Positions 1 to 11,611 of a stretch of 64,000 nt of DNA are shown piece after piece; the first letter of the stretch is position 1, and every line of letters begins with the position of its first letter. A program made the position numbers and the translations under genes. Below the pieces are notes generated by a model. The model was not told the DNA's origin and made no database searches. It saw only the letters and a list, made by a program, of their open reading frames with translations. This DNA comes from Eledone cirrhosa (lineage: Eukaryota), in the NCBI GenBank assembly GCA_964016885.1, contig OZ024745.1, forward strand, positions 59,086,001 through 59,150,000, read 5' to 3'.

Positions 1-52
1 GGTATGAGATTATAGTGTTGGATTACAAACCATGTAGCCAACAGATCAAACT

Positions 53-388
53 GTAATCATTTCATTTTATGTCCGCTTTTTTCCCTGCTTGCAAGGGTGG
101 GACGGGAACTGATTCTGGCTTGATTTCTACAGCTGGATGCCCTTCCTAACACCAACCTCATTTACAGTGAGTGCTGGGTGCTTTTTTGCCGTGGCACCTC
201 CACGACCACTTTGCAGTGGAATGATATGGATCTCAGTCCCTATCATCTCATTTCTACAGCTGAGTAAACTGGAGCAATGTGAAATAAAGTGTCTTGTTCA
301 AGGAAACAACACATCACCCGGTCTGAAAATTGAACTCACAACCTTTCGATTGCAAGGCTAATGCTCTAACCACTAAGCCATGTGCCTT
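53..388 (-). mobile_element. tRNA-derived SINE with CORE-like body and RTE-derived tail
   Basis: Minus-strand head has A box TGGCTTAGTGG and B box GAGTTCAATT; body CCTTGAACAAGACACTT; tail shared with the RTE 3' UTR at 26130-26390; near-identical copy at 12322-12655. Confidence 0.85.
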
Positions 389-1857
389 TCGAGCTTAATG
401 TAATATAAACATTAACTGTTCTATTGCTGTATATCGAGTGAAATATTTTGTATTTTGTTATATTTAGGGAAGGTCATGTTGTTATAATATTACCAGAAAA
501 ATATAGTAAAATACATTCACTGTTTGGTTTGGACTGGTTTTTGCTTCAGTATATTTTTTATATTTCTATAATTAATTCAGCTTGCAATTATCATTGATTG
601 ACCAACAGTTAAAGATTTAAATATAAATATATTTTTTGTGACATATTTTTTGGCTTGTATATGAGTATATATGGTAATTACTTTATTGAATTCTTCTAAA
701 TACTTTGTATTTTAATCAGTTAATAATTTACTAAAATTATAATTTCATTAAGATGATATTTATAACATAACAAAATGTCATTAGATAAAATTATGCTGGA
801 AGGTTTTAATTTAAGCAAAAATCCTTTAAAATGTTATGTCTAAGAAATATGCAAAAATCCAAACCCTGTTTATAAGCGGAGACAGGTAATCAACACATTA
901 TGTTCAGATGGGGCAGTTTTGAAATTCTCATGAGTGGAGAATATATTTATGAAGTTTTAATATTTTGATATTTAAAATGTTTTAGGTGTTGTTTGGAGTA
1001 TATTTTTCTGATTCACAATTCTATTACATAATGATTATTTACCAATTTACAGTGGTTTTGAAGGTCAAATTCATTCAAAACATAAAAAAACAACACAATA
1101 GGAAATACAAATTTCACGTCGAAAATGAAACCAGTGTAACTCCCAAAGCAAAAATATTTTAACACCTCATTTATGCACAATTTTTGAAGTTGGTGAAAAT
1201 TAGTAAAATACTGACCTCGAATATAAGTCGACTCCCCACCTCCCTATTTCACCATTGATTTTTTGCGACATATTTTTTGGCTTATATATGAGTATATACA
1301 GTAATTACTTTATTAAATTCTTACAATTTTTTTATAATTTTAAAAATAAATTAAAACAGATAGGCAGAGTATTTCATTAGAAATGTGCTATTTTTTATTC
1401 ACACTATGCCTCTAAAATAAATCTTTGAAAAAGAAATAGAATACAATAACATCGCTCTGTTGCAGAGGAAAGAGAGAAACAATTCTCTCATTTTCAGGCT
1501 TATTAACGAATTCTTGTAACTGTTCTGAAAATTCAATGTAATTAATTCCAACCTGTTACTCTTGTCACTGTTTAGCAGGTGTTTGTGTGTGTGTGTTAGC
1601 AGGTGTTTGTGTATGTTAGCAGGTGTTTATGTGTGAGTGTGCAAACAGATGGAGATATCAGTAACCTAGACCAGGCAGGGGCAACCTTTTTAGAGCAGTG
1701 GGCCACATAGGGTGTGGTTCACCATAAGGTAGGCCACACTACTAAAAAATTCAATTTTGAAATTAGGCATGCCATTCAGAAAGCCAAACTAGCCGTATGA
1801 GGCTTGTGGGCCACAGTTTGCCCAGAAATGTGCCAAGAAATCCCAGTGGAAAGAAAC

Positions 1858-2127
1858 TGTGGGTATGGTGTGGTGTGCGGTGGCCGGAAGCTGGGGAGTG
1901 CTCGACCGGAAGAGTGCTTGACCGGAAGGGCGCTTGGCCAGAAGGGTGCTTGACCGGAAGGGCCAGCAGATCGGTCTCTCTCTAGTGGTGACCAGGAACG
2001 GTGTGGACACGAGTTTGGCAGCTCCCGGGTGTTAATGAGTTGGACGCACGTAGAAGAGGAGAAACCAGCCATGGGATTTAGTGGCGCCTATGAAAAGCGG
2101 TAAGTGAGATAGCTTTTTCTAACCACA
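1858..2127 (+). repeat. 5' LTR (270 bp)
   Basis: Matches 6096-6349 with about 8 substitutions and one extra 16-bp internal repeat unit. Confidence 0.95.
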
Positions 2128-2259
2128 AGCTATTTCGGCACTGGAAACTGAGATCTGATTAAAAAAAAAAAAAACTTTCTCGAAAACAAAGCTACTGGAA
2201 AAACAGAGAGGAGTCTATTGTTTTGTTTTTTTATTACGTACCGCAAGACAAATTAGGTA

Positions 2260-5200
2260 ATGGCGACAAGACTACGAATGAGCGAAGCGATTAGGGCATT
2301 TACCGGTGCAGGCGATGTTGTCGCTTGGCTGCGAAAGGTCCGGCTGATCGCAAGCTTACAGAAGATAGAAGATGTGGCTGGCCTCATGGCACTGTACCCC
2401 GAGGGGGATGCGTTGGTACTCTTCCTTGAGTTGGATGAACACAGCCAAAGGGATGCGCAAAATATTGAGAGGCGCATGATGGAAGTGTTCGCAGAGGGAC
2501 CGTTAGCCACTTTTGCTAAGCTGGCAAGAATTAGATGGAACGGTGAACGCGTTGACATTTTCACAGCGGAAATACGGCGATTGGCCATGCTGGCATTAGG
2601 TGGAATGTGAATGCACGGTGCGGTTGGCATTCATAAATGGATTTCCAGACGACATAGCGATGAAACTGCAGCAAGTCCTGGGTTACAAAGAAATGGAGAT
2701 GTGTTCACTGGTGGAACAAGCCCGTATCATAGCAGAAGATGCCAAGAAGAGTGTCGCGGCGATAGCAACTACAGAGGCTCAAGACAGCTGGCAGCGAAAT
2801 GGTGAAAGGGAGGCAACCACGGCACGCGGTCGCCCGCGAACGTTTAGAGGGTCTGTTTTAGGTGCCAGGGTCCGCACATAGCGAGAGACTGTAGAGAGTC
2901 AAGGCCGGAAATAATATGCTACCGGTGTAAGCGACCAGGCCACATCGCTACTAACTGCGACCAGGGACACGATCCAAGGAGAACTACTGCGCCGGTAGTT
3001 GCTCCTTACGAGTAGAGGCGCTGCCCGTGGTGGAAGTCTTCGTGAGGGGAAAGTCACAGCGAGCCCTCGTGGACACAGGCTGTACGACGACACTGGTGAC
3101 TGCGGGGGTGGCGCAGATGTGGAGAGGGAAGGGCAGCGTAAGGGCAGTCGACGGCAGGAAAATTGAATGCTGAGGTCGCAGCGAGGTGGAGATGGCGGTA
3201 CGGGGAAGGAAAATAAGGCTTTCTGCCATTGTAGTTTCCATAGTGAAATCAGAATAAGGAAAATTAGGTCAAAAGTAAAGATTATGTAGAAATATATGGA
3301 AAGTTGTTGTATTTAAAAACAGTTCTTATTTCTGACTCTTTTATTAGTTTGTCTTCTTTGCCCACTTATTTCTGAGAGGGTCATTGGGGAGCAGAGTCCT
3401 CAAATACTCCCTCCAGTGGGTCTTGTCAGAAGCAACAGTTTCCAACTAATCCGACTGGATCCCCAAGCTCGACCAACCAAGCTCATGGATGTTATCCAGC
3501 CAGGGTCCTGTCAGAAGCAAGGGTGGATGGGATTGGCGTGGTTATGAGCATGGACGCAATTGGCCATCTAGGAGGTGTCACAGTGAACAACGTCGGTGTG
3601 TCGTTTGGCGGCGCTGCATCGGTATGCGCTGTGAGTATGCGACAGGAGAACCAGAAGGCCCACGAGGAGAAATACCCCGCTTACACTGTGCAGGACAAAA
3701 ACTTCAAGGCCGTGTTCGCTGGGCAGCAATGGGTTGTTGAGTGGTACTGGAAGGGAGAACCACCAACACTGAAGACCAAAGTGGGCTGCTATCAACACAC
3801 ATTGAAGGGAGACATTAGGAGCAAATTCGAGCGAGAGGTAGAGAGATGGCTTGAGGAGGGCATACTGCTTCCCTGGAAAGTGGAGGTGAAGTGCGGAGTA
3901 TTGCTGTTAATGGTGCAACCCACGAAGAACAAGGTGAGGCCGGTGCTGGACTTTCGGGAGCTGAACGAGCATGTGTCATGCCACACGGGTGGCGAGGTCA
4001 CAGATGTCTGTGGAAAAACCCTGCGTGAGTGGAGACGCATGACGGGGGGTTCAGCAATCGTAGATCTAAAGTCGGCATACTTGCAATTGCATATAGATGA
4101 GAAGCTCTGGCAGTATCAGCTGGTCAGGTATAAGGGCCGGACATATTGCCTGACCAGGCTCGGTTTCGGTCTGAGCTCCGCACCGAAGATCATGGCGGCG
4201 ATCCTCAAGACCATTCTGGGAAAGGCCGACAAGATGAAGAGGGCCACTAACTCCTACATTGACGACATCCTAGTGGACGAGTCTGTAGTGGCGGTGGCGG
4301 AGGTCATGACCCTTTTACAGTGGTATGGACTGGCTGCGAAGCCGTCAGAAGCGTTGGAGGGAGGAGCCGCGCTGGGACTTAGGAACGGCAAGACAGGACG
4401 GGCGTCTTCGTATTCCAGAGGGAAAATGAAGTTCCAGAACTGGGCCCAAGTATGAGTAGGCGGGAGCTTTTCTCGGTGTGTGGAAAGTTGGTGGGTCACT
4501 ACCTGATTGCTGGGACGGCATGCAGCTATGTCAAGAGATGAGCGGGAGGGGTGACTTGGAGTGACAGAGTGGAAGAGAGGACGGTGGCCATGATGCAGGA
4601 GATCGTGGAGAGGGTGAAGGCCGATGACCCAGTGCGGGGACACTGGTATATTCCCAAATCGCAGAGCGGGACCATATGGTGCGATGCCAGCAGCATAGCG
4701 CTGGGTGTCACGTTGGAGATAGGAGGTGTTGAGGTCGAGGATGCAGCCTGGCTTAGGAAGAAGGACGACTGCAACCACATCAATGTGGCCGAACTGGACG
4801 CAGTGTTGAGAGGGGTGAACCTCGCTCTGAGGCGGGGACTGCGCACCATCGAGATACGCACCGACTCAGCTACTGTACTTGGATGGGTGAGATCAGTGCT
4901 CACCAGTGAGAAGAGAGTGCGAACGAGAGGCGCGGCGGAGATGCTGATAAAGCGCCGCCTGGGAACTTTAGGAGAACTGGCCACCGAGTTCGACCTGAGG
5001 CTGAGCGTAGTTTTCGTGCCCTCAGAGAAAAATAGGACGGACGTCTGAACCAGGGTGAAGAAAGCCTGGATGGAAGCGCCGGAGGAGGTAGAAGATGAGA
5101 TAGCTGCCGTGTGTCGACTGACTGAGGCGGATCTGAAAGGGTTGCATGACATGCACCACATGCGAGTGGATAGGACCCTGTTCCTAGCCAGGAGAACCGA

Positions 5201-6034
5201 CTCGGACGTTAACAGACACAGTGTTCAAAGGGTGGTTAGAGGCTGCGTCCGATGTCAGTCCATTGATCCCGCTCCGGGTGTGCACGAAACAGGAAGCCTC
5301 CCAGTGGATCGCGACTGGAAGCGATTGGCGGTGGATGTAACGCACTACCGACAGGGAACATACCTCTCGGTGGTCGACTGTGGACCAGGACGGATGGCGA
5401 TATGGAGGGAGATGAAGACTGGAACGGCCGAGGAAATCATGCGGACGTTGAGAGAGGTGTTCTTAGAGTGGGCCCCTGTGGACGAACTGCTGATGGACAA
5501 CAGCGCAGCGTTCCGCTCGGAGACGCTGAGGGAGATGCTCGATGGATGGAAGGTAGACAGTTTCTTCAGAGCAGCGCACAGGCCGAGCGGGAATGGAATT
5601 GTGGAGCGACACCACCGGACGATCAAGGCAATGGCGGAGCAGGGCCATATCTCACCAATGGAGGCAGTGTTCTGGTACAACATGTCCCCTCGGGTGGGAC
5701 AGGTTGAGGTATCGGTGCCACACAGAGCAGTATTCAGATACGAGTGGCGGCACCCGTGCACGCCACCACAACGGCCAGTGGGAGAGAGAATGCATTCGTG
5801 CAGGTGGGCGAAGAAGTCTGGGTTAAGCCCCAAGATGCACGTTGCACATCTCAATGGGGAAGGGGAACGGTGAGGGCCGTAAATTCCCAGAACAATGTGT
5901 CCGTGGACGGAGTACCACGTCATATCCTGGATGTCCGTAGAATCACTGTGTCAACGGACTCCGAGGAAGAGGAAACCCAAAGTGCCGCCTCAACACTGCG
6001 GAGATCGCAAAGAAGTCACAAACCATCAACCTAG
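2260..6034 (+). pseudogene. Disrupted gag-pol of the Gypsy element
   Basis: ORF fragments 2260-2610 and 2600-2881 (gag), 3523-4455 (end of PR plus RT), 4551-5048 (RNase H), 5055-5873 and 5744-6034 (integrase). Confidence 0.9.
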
Positions 6035-6095
6035 ACAGCAGACTTTCATATGCAGAAGGACGAGGAGGAAATTGATCCTTGAGATCAGGGGTGTG

Positions 6096-6349
6096 TGTGG
6101 GTATGGTGTGGTGTGCAGTGGCCGGAAGCTGGGTAGTGCTCGACCGGAAGAGTGCTTGGCCGGAAGGGTGCTCGACCGGAAGGGCCAGCAGATCGGTCTC
6201 TCTCTAGTGATGACCAGAAACGGTGTGGACGCGAGTTTGGCAGCTCCCGGGTGTTAATGAGTTGGACGCACGTGGAAGAGGAGAAACCAGCCATGGGATT
6301 TAGTGGCGCCTATGAAAAGCGGTAAGTGAGATAGCTTTTTCTAACCACA
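6096..6349 (+). repeat. 3' LTR (254 bp)
   Basis: Preceded by a purine-rich tract (gagatcagggg) and followed by the TSD GAAAC. Confidence 0.95.
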
Positions 6350-6536
6350 GAAACCACAGTAGAGGATGATCATGGAAAACCTTGGTGGAGGTGGTGAGAG
6401 CTGATCTCCAATCTCTGAAGCTCACAGAAGAGATGACAAAGGAACGGAACACGAGGAGTGATGCTGTGCTGAAAAAGGCCCATCCAGCCCATGCAAACGT
6501 GAAAAAACACATAGAATAGATGATGATGATGATGAT
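6350..6536 (+). mobile_element. RTE LINE 3' end interrupted by the Gypsy insertion (its 5' piece is at about 1824-1857)
   Basis: KCQEIPVER|..WKTLVEVVRADLQSLKLTEEMTK continues across the TSD; (GAT)n tail; homologous to 53300-53470 and 54060-54255. Confidence 0.8.
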
Positions 6537-6687
6537 TTATTAATACAGACCACAACTAGTCTCCTAGATTATAATAATTTATCTACCATATTTAGTTGAC
6601 CTAATAAAATGCATGAAGTCTGAGTTATTTTGTTTGAACCACTAAATTCTACTAGCAGTCAGTTTGACATGAATAATAAAGCTTTAC

Positions 6688-6854
6688 CTTTTTGTTTCGA
6701 AGAGATGCTTTCTTTTGTTGGATACGGTTTATCTGAGTTTTTAGAAGCTGCAAGTTTGGGTTAGATGATGTTACATTAGTCATTGGTTCATCGTAATCTT
6801 TCAAACTTTCAGCATCTTCAAATGCATCATAGAAAACTCCAGCCTCTTCTTCAT
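6688..6854 (-). CDS. JMY: JMY/WHAMM coding exon 5
   Basis: cag acceptor and AAG|GTAAAG donor; 167 nt, phase 1 to 0; encodes (D)EEEAGVFYDAFEDAESL...LKTQINRIQQKKASLRNKK, similar to the JMY EEVVYYD...E region. No proline-rich or WH2/WCA exons were found in the window. Confidence 0.85.
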
Positions 6855-7202
6855 CTGACAGAATTTGTAAAAGATGGGGATGAAAAAAAGAACAGTTGAA
6901 ACAATCAACATGTAAAAATAAAGTAATTAACACTTACAACATAAGAGGGCAGAGAGCTTCTTTCTAAATCATGTCAATCATTGTTCTACTATTAGACTGT
7001 GTCTATTTCCTCTCTTTTCTACATTTAATAGATCTATCTGTTCTCCAGAGCTTAATGTTTGATCCCTAGTCCTCACCATTATTTACATTGAGCTTTAGAT
7101 CTTCTTGATGAATCTCAACAAAGTCAATCTTTTGACTTTAATTTTTTTACCCATGTAAAGTATAAATCTTCCCCTCACCTTGAAAAACTTAAACAAACTA
7201 AC

Positions 7203-7368
7203 CTTGGGTTCGCTTAAGAATGCCTTCAATCTGAGTTTTTGCTAAGATTTCTTCTTCATCAAGGATCTTCACACACACTTCATGAATCTTTACAGTCCAA
7301 TTAAACACTTTTTCTTCCAGTTTCTCCAATTCATTTTCGGCCTCAGGATATTCTTTGACAGATGCAAT
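7203..7368 (-). CDS. JMY: JMY/WHAMM coding exon 4
   Basis: tag acceptor and G|GTTAGT donor; 166 nt, phase 0 to 1; open frame IASVKEYPEAENELEKLEEKVFNWTVKIHEVCVKILDEEEILAKTQIEGILKRTQ. Confidence 0.85.
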
Positions 7369-8437
7369 CTAGGATGAAAAAGTAACATTGAGACATTGTC
7401 ATGTGTGTGTGTGTGAATGAGTGACTGAGTGTGTGTCATCATCAGCACTATTGTTTTAAAGTACGCTTTCCCTGCTAGCGAGGGTTGGATGGGTCAACAT
7501 AAACCAAGTCAGCTATGGATTTCCCAGACAAGCCAAAGATCTGTCATCTCGCTTATGTACAGTCTTAAGTGTATGTCAATGAGTGAGTTAGTGTGAATGA
7601 GTGAGTGAGTGTGAATGAGTGAGTGAGTGTGAATGAGTGAATGTGTGCAAATGAGTGAATGTGTGCAAATGAGTGAGTGTGTGTGATTGATTAAGTGAAT
7701 ATGTGTGTGTATAGACCCATATCGCCTGATGGAGTCATATAGGTGCTGGTAGTGACATGGCATTTCTTGATCACTTTTTTAAAAGTGTTAAAATTGAAAA
7801 TTCAAATACTCTATGAAGACATTTTCTCAAGAAATGCAATACATGATAATTGGAATGTTTGTATATCATTTAAGAGTGGAGAGCATTCCATCATTTCCAA
7901 TGATAAGTGCTGTAGTTGATTCAACCAAAAGAACTGCCTGCTTGTGAAATTAACATGTAAGTGGCTGAGCATTCCACGGGAGATTCAGAATAACACTATG
8001 TGATAAGGTTGGTTCCTTGCATTATAGGTATAATTCATTTCTTTCCAGCTGAGAGGACTGGAGCAACATGAAATAAAGTATTTTGCTCATCACCTACTCA
8101 AGGATTTGAACTCATGACCTTACGATCAACAACAACAATCATGAACTCACTACCCTAACCACTAGGCCATGTAGTTTCATATCATAAGTATATCTAAAGA
8201 AAATAATTCAGTGATCCGAAAAGATATCCAGGTGGAAATTCAGGTAAAGTCCGAGTGTAAATCCAGTTTCAGTGTGAAAATCCTATGTGAAAATCCATAC
8301 ACAAAATGCCAGTATCAACAGTTTTCCAAGGGATGACCACATGAATAGACCTGTTATTTTTCCCTTTAAAAAAATGCTTCCGTTTCTGCCCAGCTTGTCT
8401 CCTTAATCTTTCTATTTCTTCTTTAATTTCTCATTCA

Positions 8438-8476
8438 TTTTTCTGATGAAGGACTAACGTCTGAAACGTTAAGACT
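8438..8476 (+). ncRNA. Minimal hammerhead-ribozyme-like motif (Penelope-type remnant)
   Basis: CTGATGA-A-GGAC(TAAC)GTCT-GAAAC-GTTA: both core boxes, a 4-bp stem II and a palindromic AACGTT stem III; stem I is weak. Confidence 0.45.
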
Positions 8477-8612
8477 CTCTTCCTGCTATTTCAAGCATTA
8501 AACTAATATATTCCTTCCATGTGCTGAGCTGTTTGTTATTTCTGTTTACTTTTTACATACTTATATATCTAAAGAAGTGGATTTATGTGTTTAATGATGT
8601 TTAAAAGCTCAC

Positions 8613-8703
8613 CTCTTTCTTCACTTTATCTCGCTCCTGTATGTATTCCTTTTGTACATTATGGAGAAGTTGTAGACGTTCATTGCAGAGATCTATTCGG
8701 ATT
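8613..8703 (-). CDS. JMY: JMY/WHAMM coding exon 3 (coiled coil)
   Basis: aag acceptor and GAG|GTGAG donor; 91 nt, phase 2 to 0, consistent with both neighbours; encodes (R)IRIDLCNERLQLLHNVQKEYIQERDKVKKE. Confidence 0.8.
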
Positions 8704-8744
8704 CTTTAGGACAGATTAATAAATAAACAGAGATAGTTAATATG

Positions 8745-9000
8745 AGAGATAGAGAGAGGGGAGGAGTAGAAAGAGAGAGAGAGAGGAGAGAGAAGAGAGA
8801 AAGGTAGAGGAAGGAAAGGAGGGGGAAGGAAAGGAGGAGGAAGGAAAGGAGGAAGAAGGAAGGGAGGGAGGACAGGAAAGAGAAGGGAAAAGAGAGGGGA
8901 GAGGGAGCGAGATGGAGAGAGAAAGAGAGTGAAAGAGAGAGGGGGAGTGAAAGAGAGAGGGAGAGAGAGAGAGGGAGAGAGAGAGAGAGAAGGAGAAAAA
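8745..9000. repeat. Polypurine (GA/GGA)n tract
   Basis: Almost pure A/G on the + strand, so it is a long pyrimidine tract just upstream of the JMY exon 3 acceptor on the - strand. Confidence 0.9.
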
Positions 9001-9378
9001 CAAGTCAATAAAAGCTTTACTAAACTGATGAAATTCATTAAACTTTAATTAGTTAATGATGAAGAAAATACATTACATATTGTAAACAAACCAGTTGACT
9101 TAAGAAAAATAAAGAAAACTTAAATCTGTGTGTCCCAAAACAAATGACCATAATAATAGTCTTTATAGAAGTGGGCTTTATTAGGGATGATGGCAAAGAA
9201 GTATATATAAAGATGTATAGGAAGAAATGACACAGGATGACAAAGCTGAAGCCTCTGATCCAAGAGATGGATGTGGCCCATAGGCAGGCAGTTTTGCAAA
9301 GAGATTAGCATGTCTGATATTATCAAATACTAAAACTTCCACCATCCACAAAAGTAAAATAAAAGTTAAAGGAAGTAC

Positions 9379-9460
9379 CGTCTCATTCGATCAACACCCA
9401 TCAAATCAAAAGCTGTTTTGCCAAATGTTTCTTTATCTTGTTTCATTCTTTCAAGCATGG
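9379..9460 (-). CDS. JMY: JMY/WHAMM coding exon 2
   Basis: Polypyrimidine tract plus cag acceptor; 82 nt, phase 1 to 2; encodes (A)MLERMKQDKETFGKTAFDLMGVDRMR, similar to JMY MQKEMEQDAKRFG; GTAC donor. Confidence 0.85.
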
Positions 9461-10557
9461 CTGAAAAAAATAAAATGTTTATATACACATACATACATTA
9501 TATATATAGTTCAAGGAGGCAACAAACAGAATATATATATATATATTAGGTTTAGCTCAGATTAATTGCTTATTTGTGGGGAAGGGAAAGTTGGTTATAT
9601 CGACCCCAGTACTTGACTGGTATATTAACTTATTGACCTTAGAAGAATGAAAGGCAAATTTGACCGTGGCAGGATTTGAACTTAAAATGTAAAATCTACC
9701 ACCTGGTCCTTCATCATCTTAAGTGGAGTTTCCTTTGTTGCAAGCACTCAAAATAGGCCTTTGGTCTGAGGGGTCAAAAGTCTCAGAGGCAATAGAAAAC
9801 ATTAATAGGTCTGCCCCACTTTCTTTGACTCAGTCATAATAAGTTGCACTGTTTAAATGTCTACAGCCTTAAGGACTTTAATAATGATGATAACTGTGGT
9901 CAAGAGCATATTATCCAATGTGTCCTCCCCTTTCCTAAGTCAGTAAAGTGTGAATTGAGGAATATTTTGCTACCATTTCTAGCAGTTCAAGTTACTTCTC
10001 CTTAATATTCAGAAATGAAGAGTTTACAGATATTTACTCATCTTCACTTTAAAAAAAGAACTCAAAACAACAACCTCACCTTCAAGAAGTATTTAAAGTA
10101 ACAGAAATAAAAAAAAAAATTCAAATTAAGAAAGTGTTGAAAGTCTTTGAAGTGGGCAAATTGGCAGAGCTATTGGAATGTTGGATAGAATGCTTTGCAG
10201 TATTCCTTCTGGGTACTCTGCATTTTGTATTCAAAACCTGCTGAGGTCAACTTTGCCTTTCATCCTTTCAAGGTCAATAAATAAAGTACTCTATCAATCT
10301 CCCTCATTCTCTGGAAGAAATCAGCTGTGTTCCATACTAAAGAGAGATGGGCTTCACTATGTTTAAATGCCCCTACTACTCTATCCAGAGTTGAGCCATT
10401 TTATTTTCTTCTGCTCAAATTAGGGATAACCTGAATCTAAACAACTGCAACAATATGAATAAGTAAATAAATAAAGAGATTTAATCAGAGAAAAGCTGTG
10501 ACAAATTTTGAAGAATAAAGAAACAGAAAATATTCAGATGAAAGTAACATTATTTAA

Positions 10558-10744
10558 CCCTTTAGCCTTTAAACTGGCCATATCCAGTCAGAATTCTCTC
10601 ACCACTTTCAGTTTAAACTGCCTGTAACTGTCCACTCATACTTGTATTGTCTCATAGATTCGATATTATGAGATAATTATGTGATGTAAAGCCTTTACTG
10701 TGGAAATATAATAGTCTACATAGAGTAATGTAAATGCTAAAGGG
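10558..10744. mobile_element. piggyBac-type MITE
   Basis: TTAA|CCCTTTAGC...GCTAAAGGG|TTAA. Related copies at about 13263-13481, 33036-33230 and 34820-35016. Confidence 0.75.
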
Positions 10745-10770
10745 TTAAAATGAAAAGGAAACTCACTAAC

Positions 10771-11611
10771 CTTGGAGATTACTGCACGTAATCTTATAAT
10801 ATTTTATATAAAGTTCTTGGATATTATCCAAGGCTCTTTCATAATGTCCCTGCCATTCAGTGAATATTTTCCTATATTCAGTTTTAATCCGTTCACCTGT
10901 ATCTTTATCCTGCAGCTTTCTGCGAGCCTCACGCAACTTGGTGAATGCAAGCTCCCTCATGTCCAAAAATGGCTGTATTTGAAAATTATAAAAACTTGCT
11001 AAATTAATGTTCAGTTTGGCCATAGCGGCATCTTCCAAATCATACATGTCTTCTTTCTCGGACATGGTGACGGAACTTTCTCGCAAGAACAATACATTTT
11101 CCAATTGTTCTTCTGCTACGGTAACTGCTTCCTCATAGCTACGGCGATGGATCTCAGAAAAATTTTCAAAGTAGTCATCAGCAGTGAATTCTTCAAAGAG
11201 AGTTGATATAAGGAGACGCTCATTGCAAATCTCTAATACGATCTGGAAGTATCGCTCGAGGTTCTTGCAGATTTCATCAATATTGTCAGGTGTATACATT
11301 GGACTAATAAACGTCCAGAGACCTCGAGGTTCAATAGGTATTTCAGGTAAATATGGCACAAGGCAGCCATGTACCAGACAAAGCAGTTCATGAACAGCTC
11401 GGATCTCGCTAAAAGTGAATAGTCCAGTACGGTTGCCACTTTCAGCGAGGTCGCTGACAACTCGATTGTGTTGCCGACTGGTGACGGCTATTTTCTTCTC
11501 CAGCTCATTCCAACCGATGATGAAGATGATTTTTGGAGGCAGGTGACCTTCAGAAAAAGGGTTGTGTTTTACAGCCACCCAGTCCTCCAAACTGTCCAGC
11601 TGCTCCTCCAT
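10771..11611 (-). CDS. JMY: JMY/WHAMM-family protein, first coding exon (N-terminal WHAMM/JMY homology region)
   Basis: MEEQLDSLEDWVAVKHNPF...KIIFIIGWNELEKKIAVT resembles the JMY N-terminus (ETLESDWVAVRP...FVFIVAWNEIEGKFAIT). In-frame TAA two codons upstream of the ATG. Acceptor cag at 11640-11638; donor G|GTTAGT at 10771/10770 (phase 1). JMY vs WHAMM orthology cannot be resolved by eye. Confidence 0.9.

Larger units (their letters stand above)
1858..6349 (+). mobile_element. Full-length, decayed Ty3/Gypsy LTR retrotransposon in a JMY intron (antisense to the host gene)
   Basis: TG...CA LTRs at 1858-2127 and 6096-6349; 5-bp TSD GAAAC at 1853-1857 and 6350-6354; gag with two zinc knuckles (CFRCQGPHIARDC, CYRCKRPGHIATNC); domain order PR (ALVDTG), RT (YIDD), RNase H (CDAS, AELDA, TDS), IN (HHCC, AVD/MDN/GIVE); several stops and frameshifts. 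Confidence 0.97.

Noticed and set aside
320-388. tRNA gene
   Set aside because: It has A and B boxes but continues into a SINE body and occurs in several copies, so it is a SINE head.
1450-1525. Possible next JMY exon after a ttttcag acceptor on the - strand
   Set aside because: The required phase-0 translation has no JMY similarity and no good donor.
4254-5923. Antisense ORFs over Gypsy pol
   Set aside because: Shadow ORFs of GC-rich coding sequence with no recognisable motifs.
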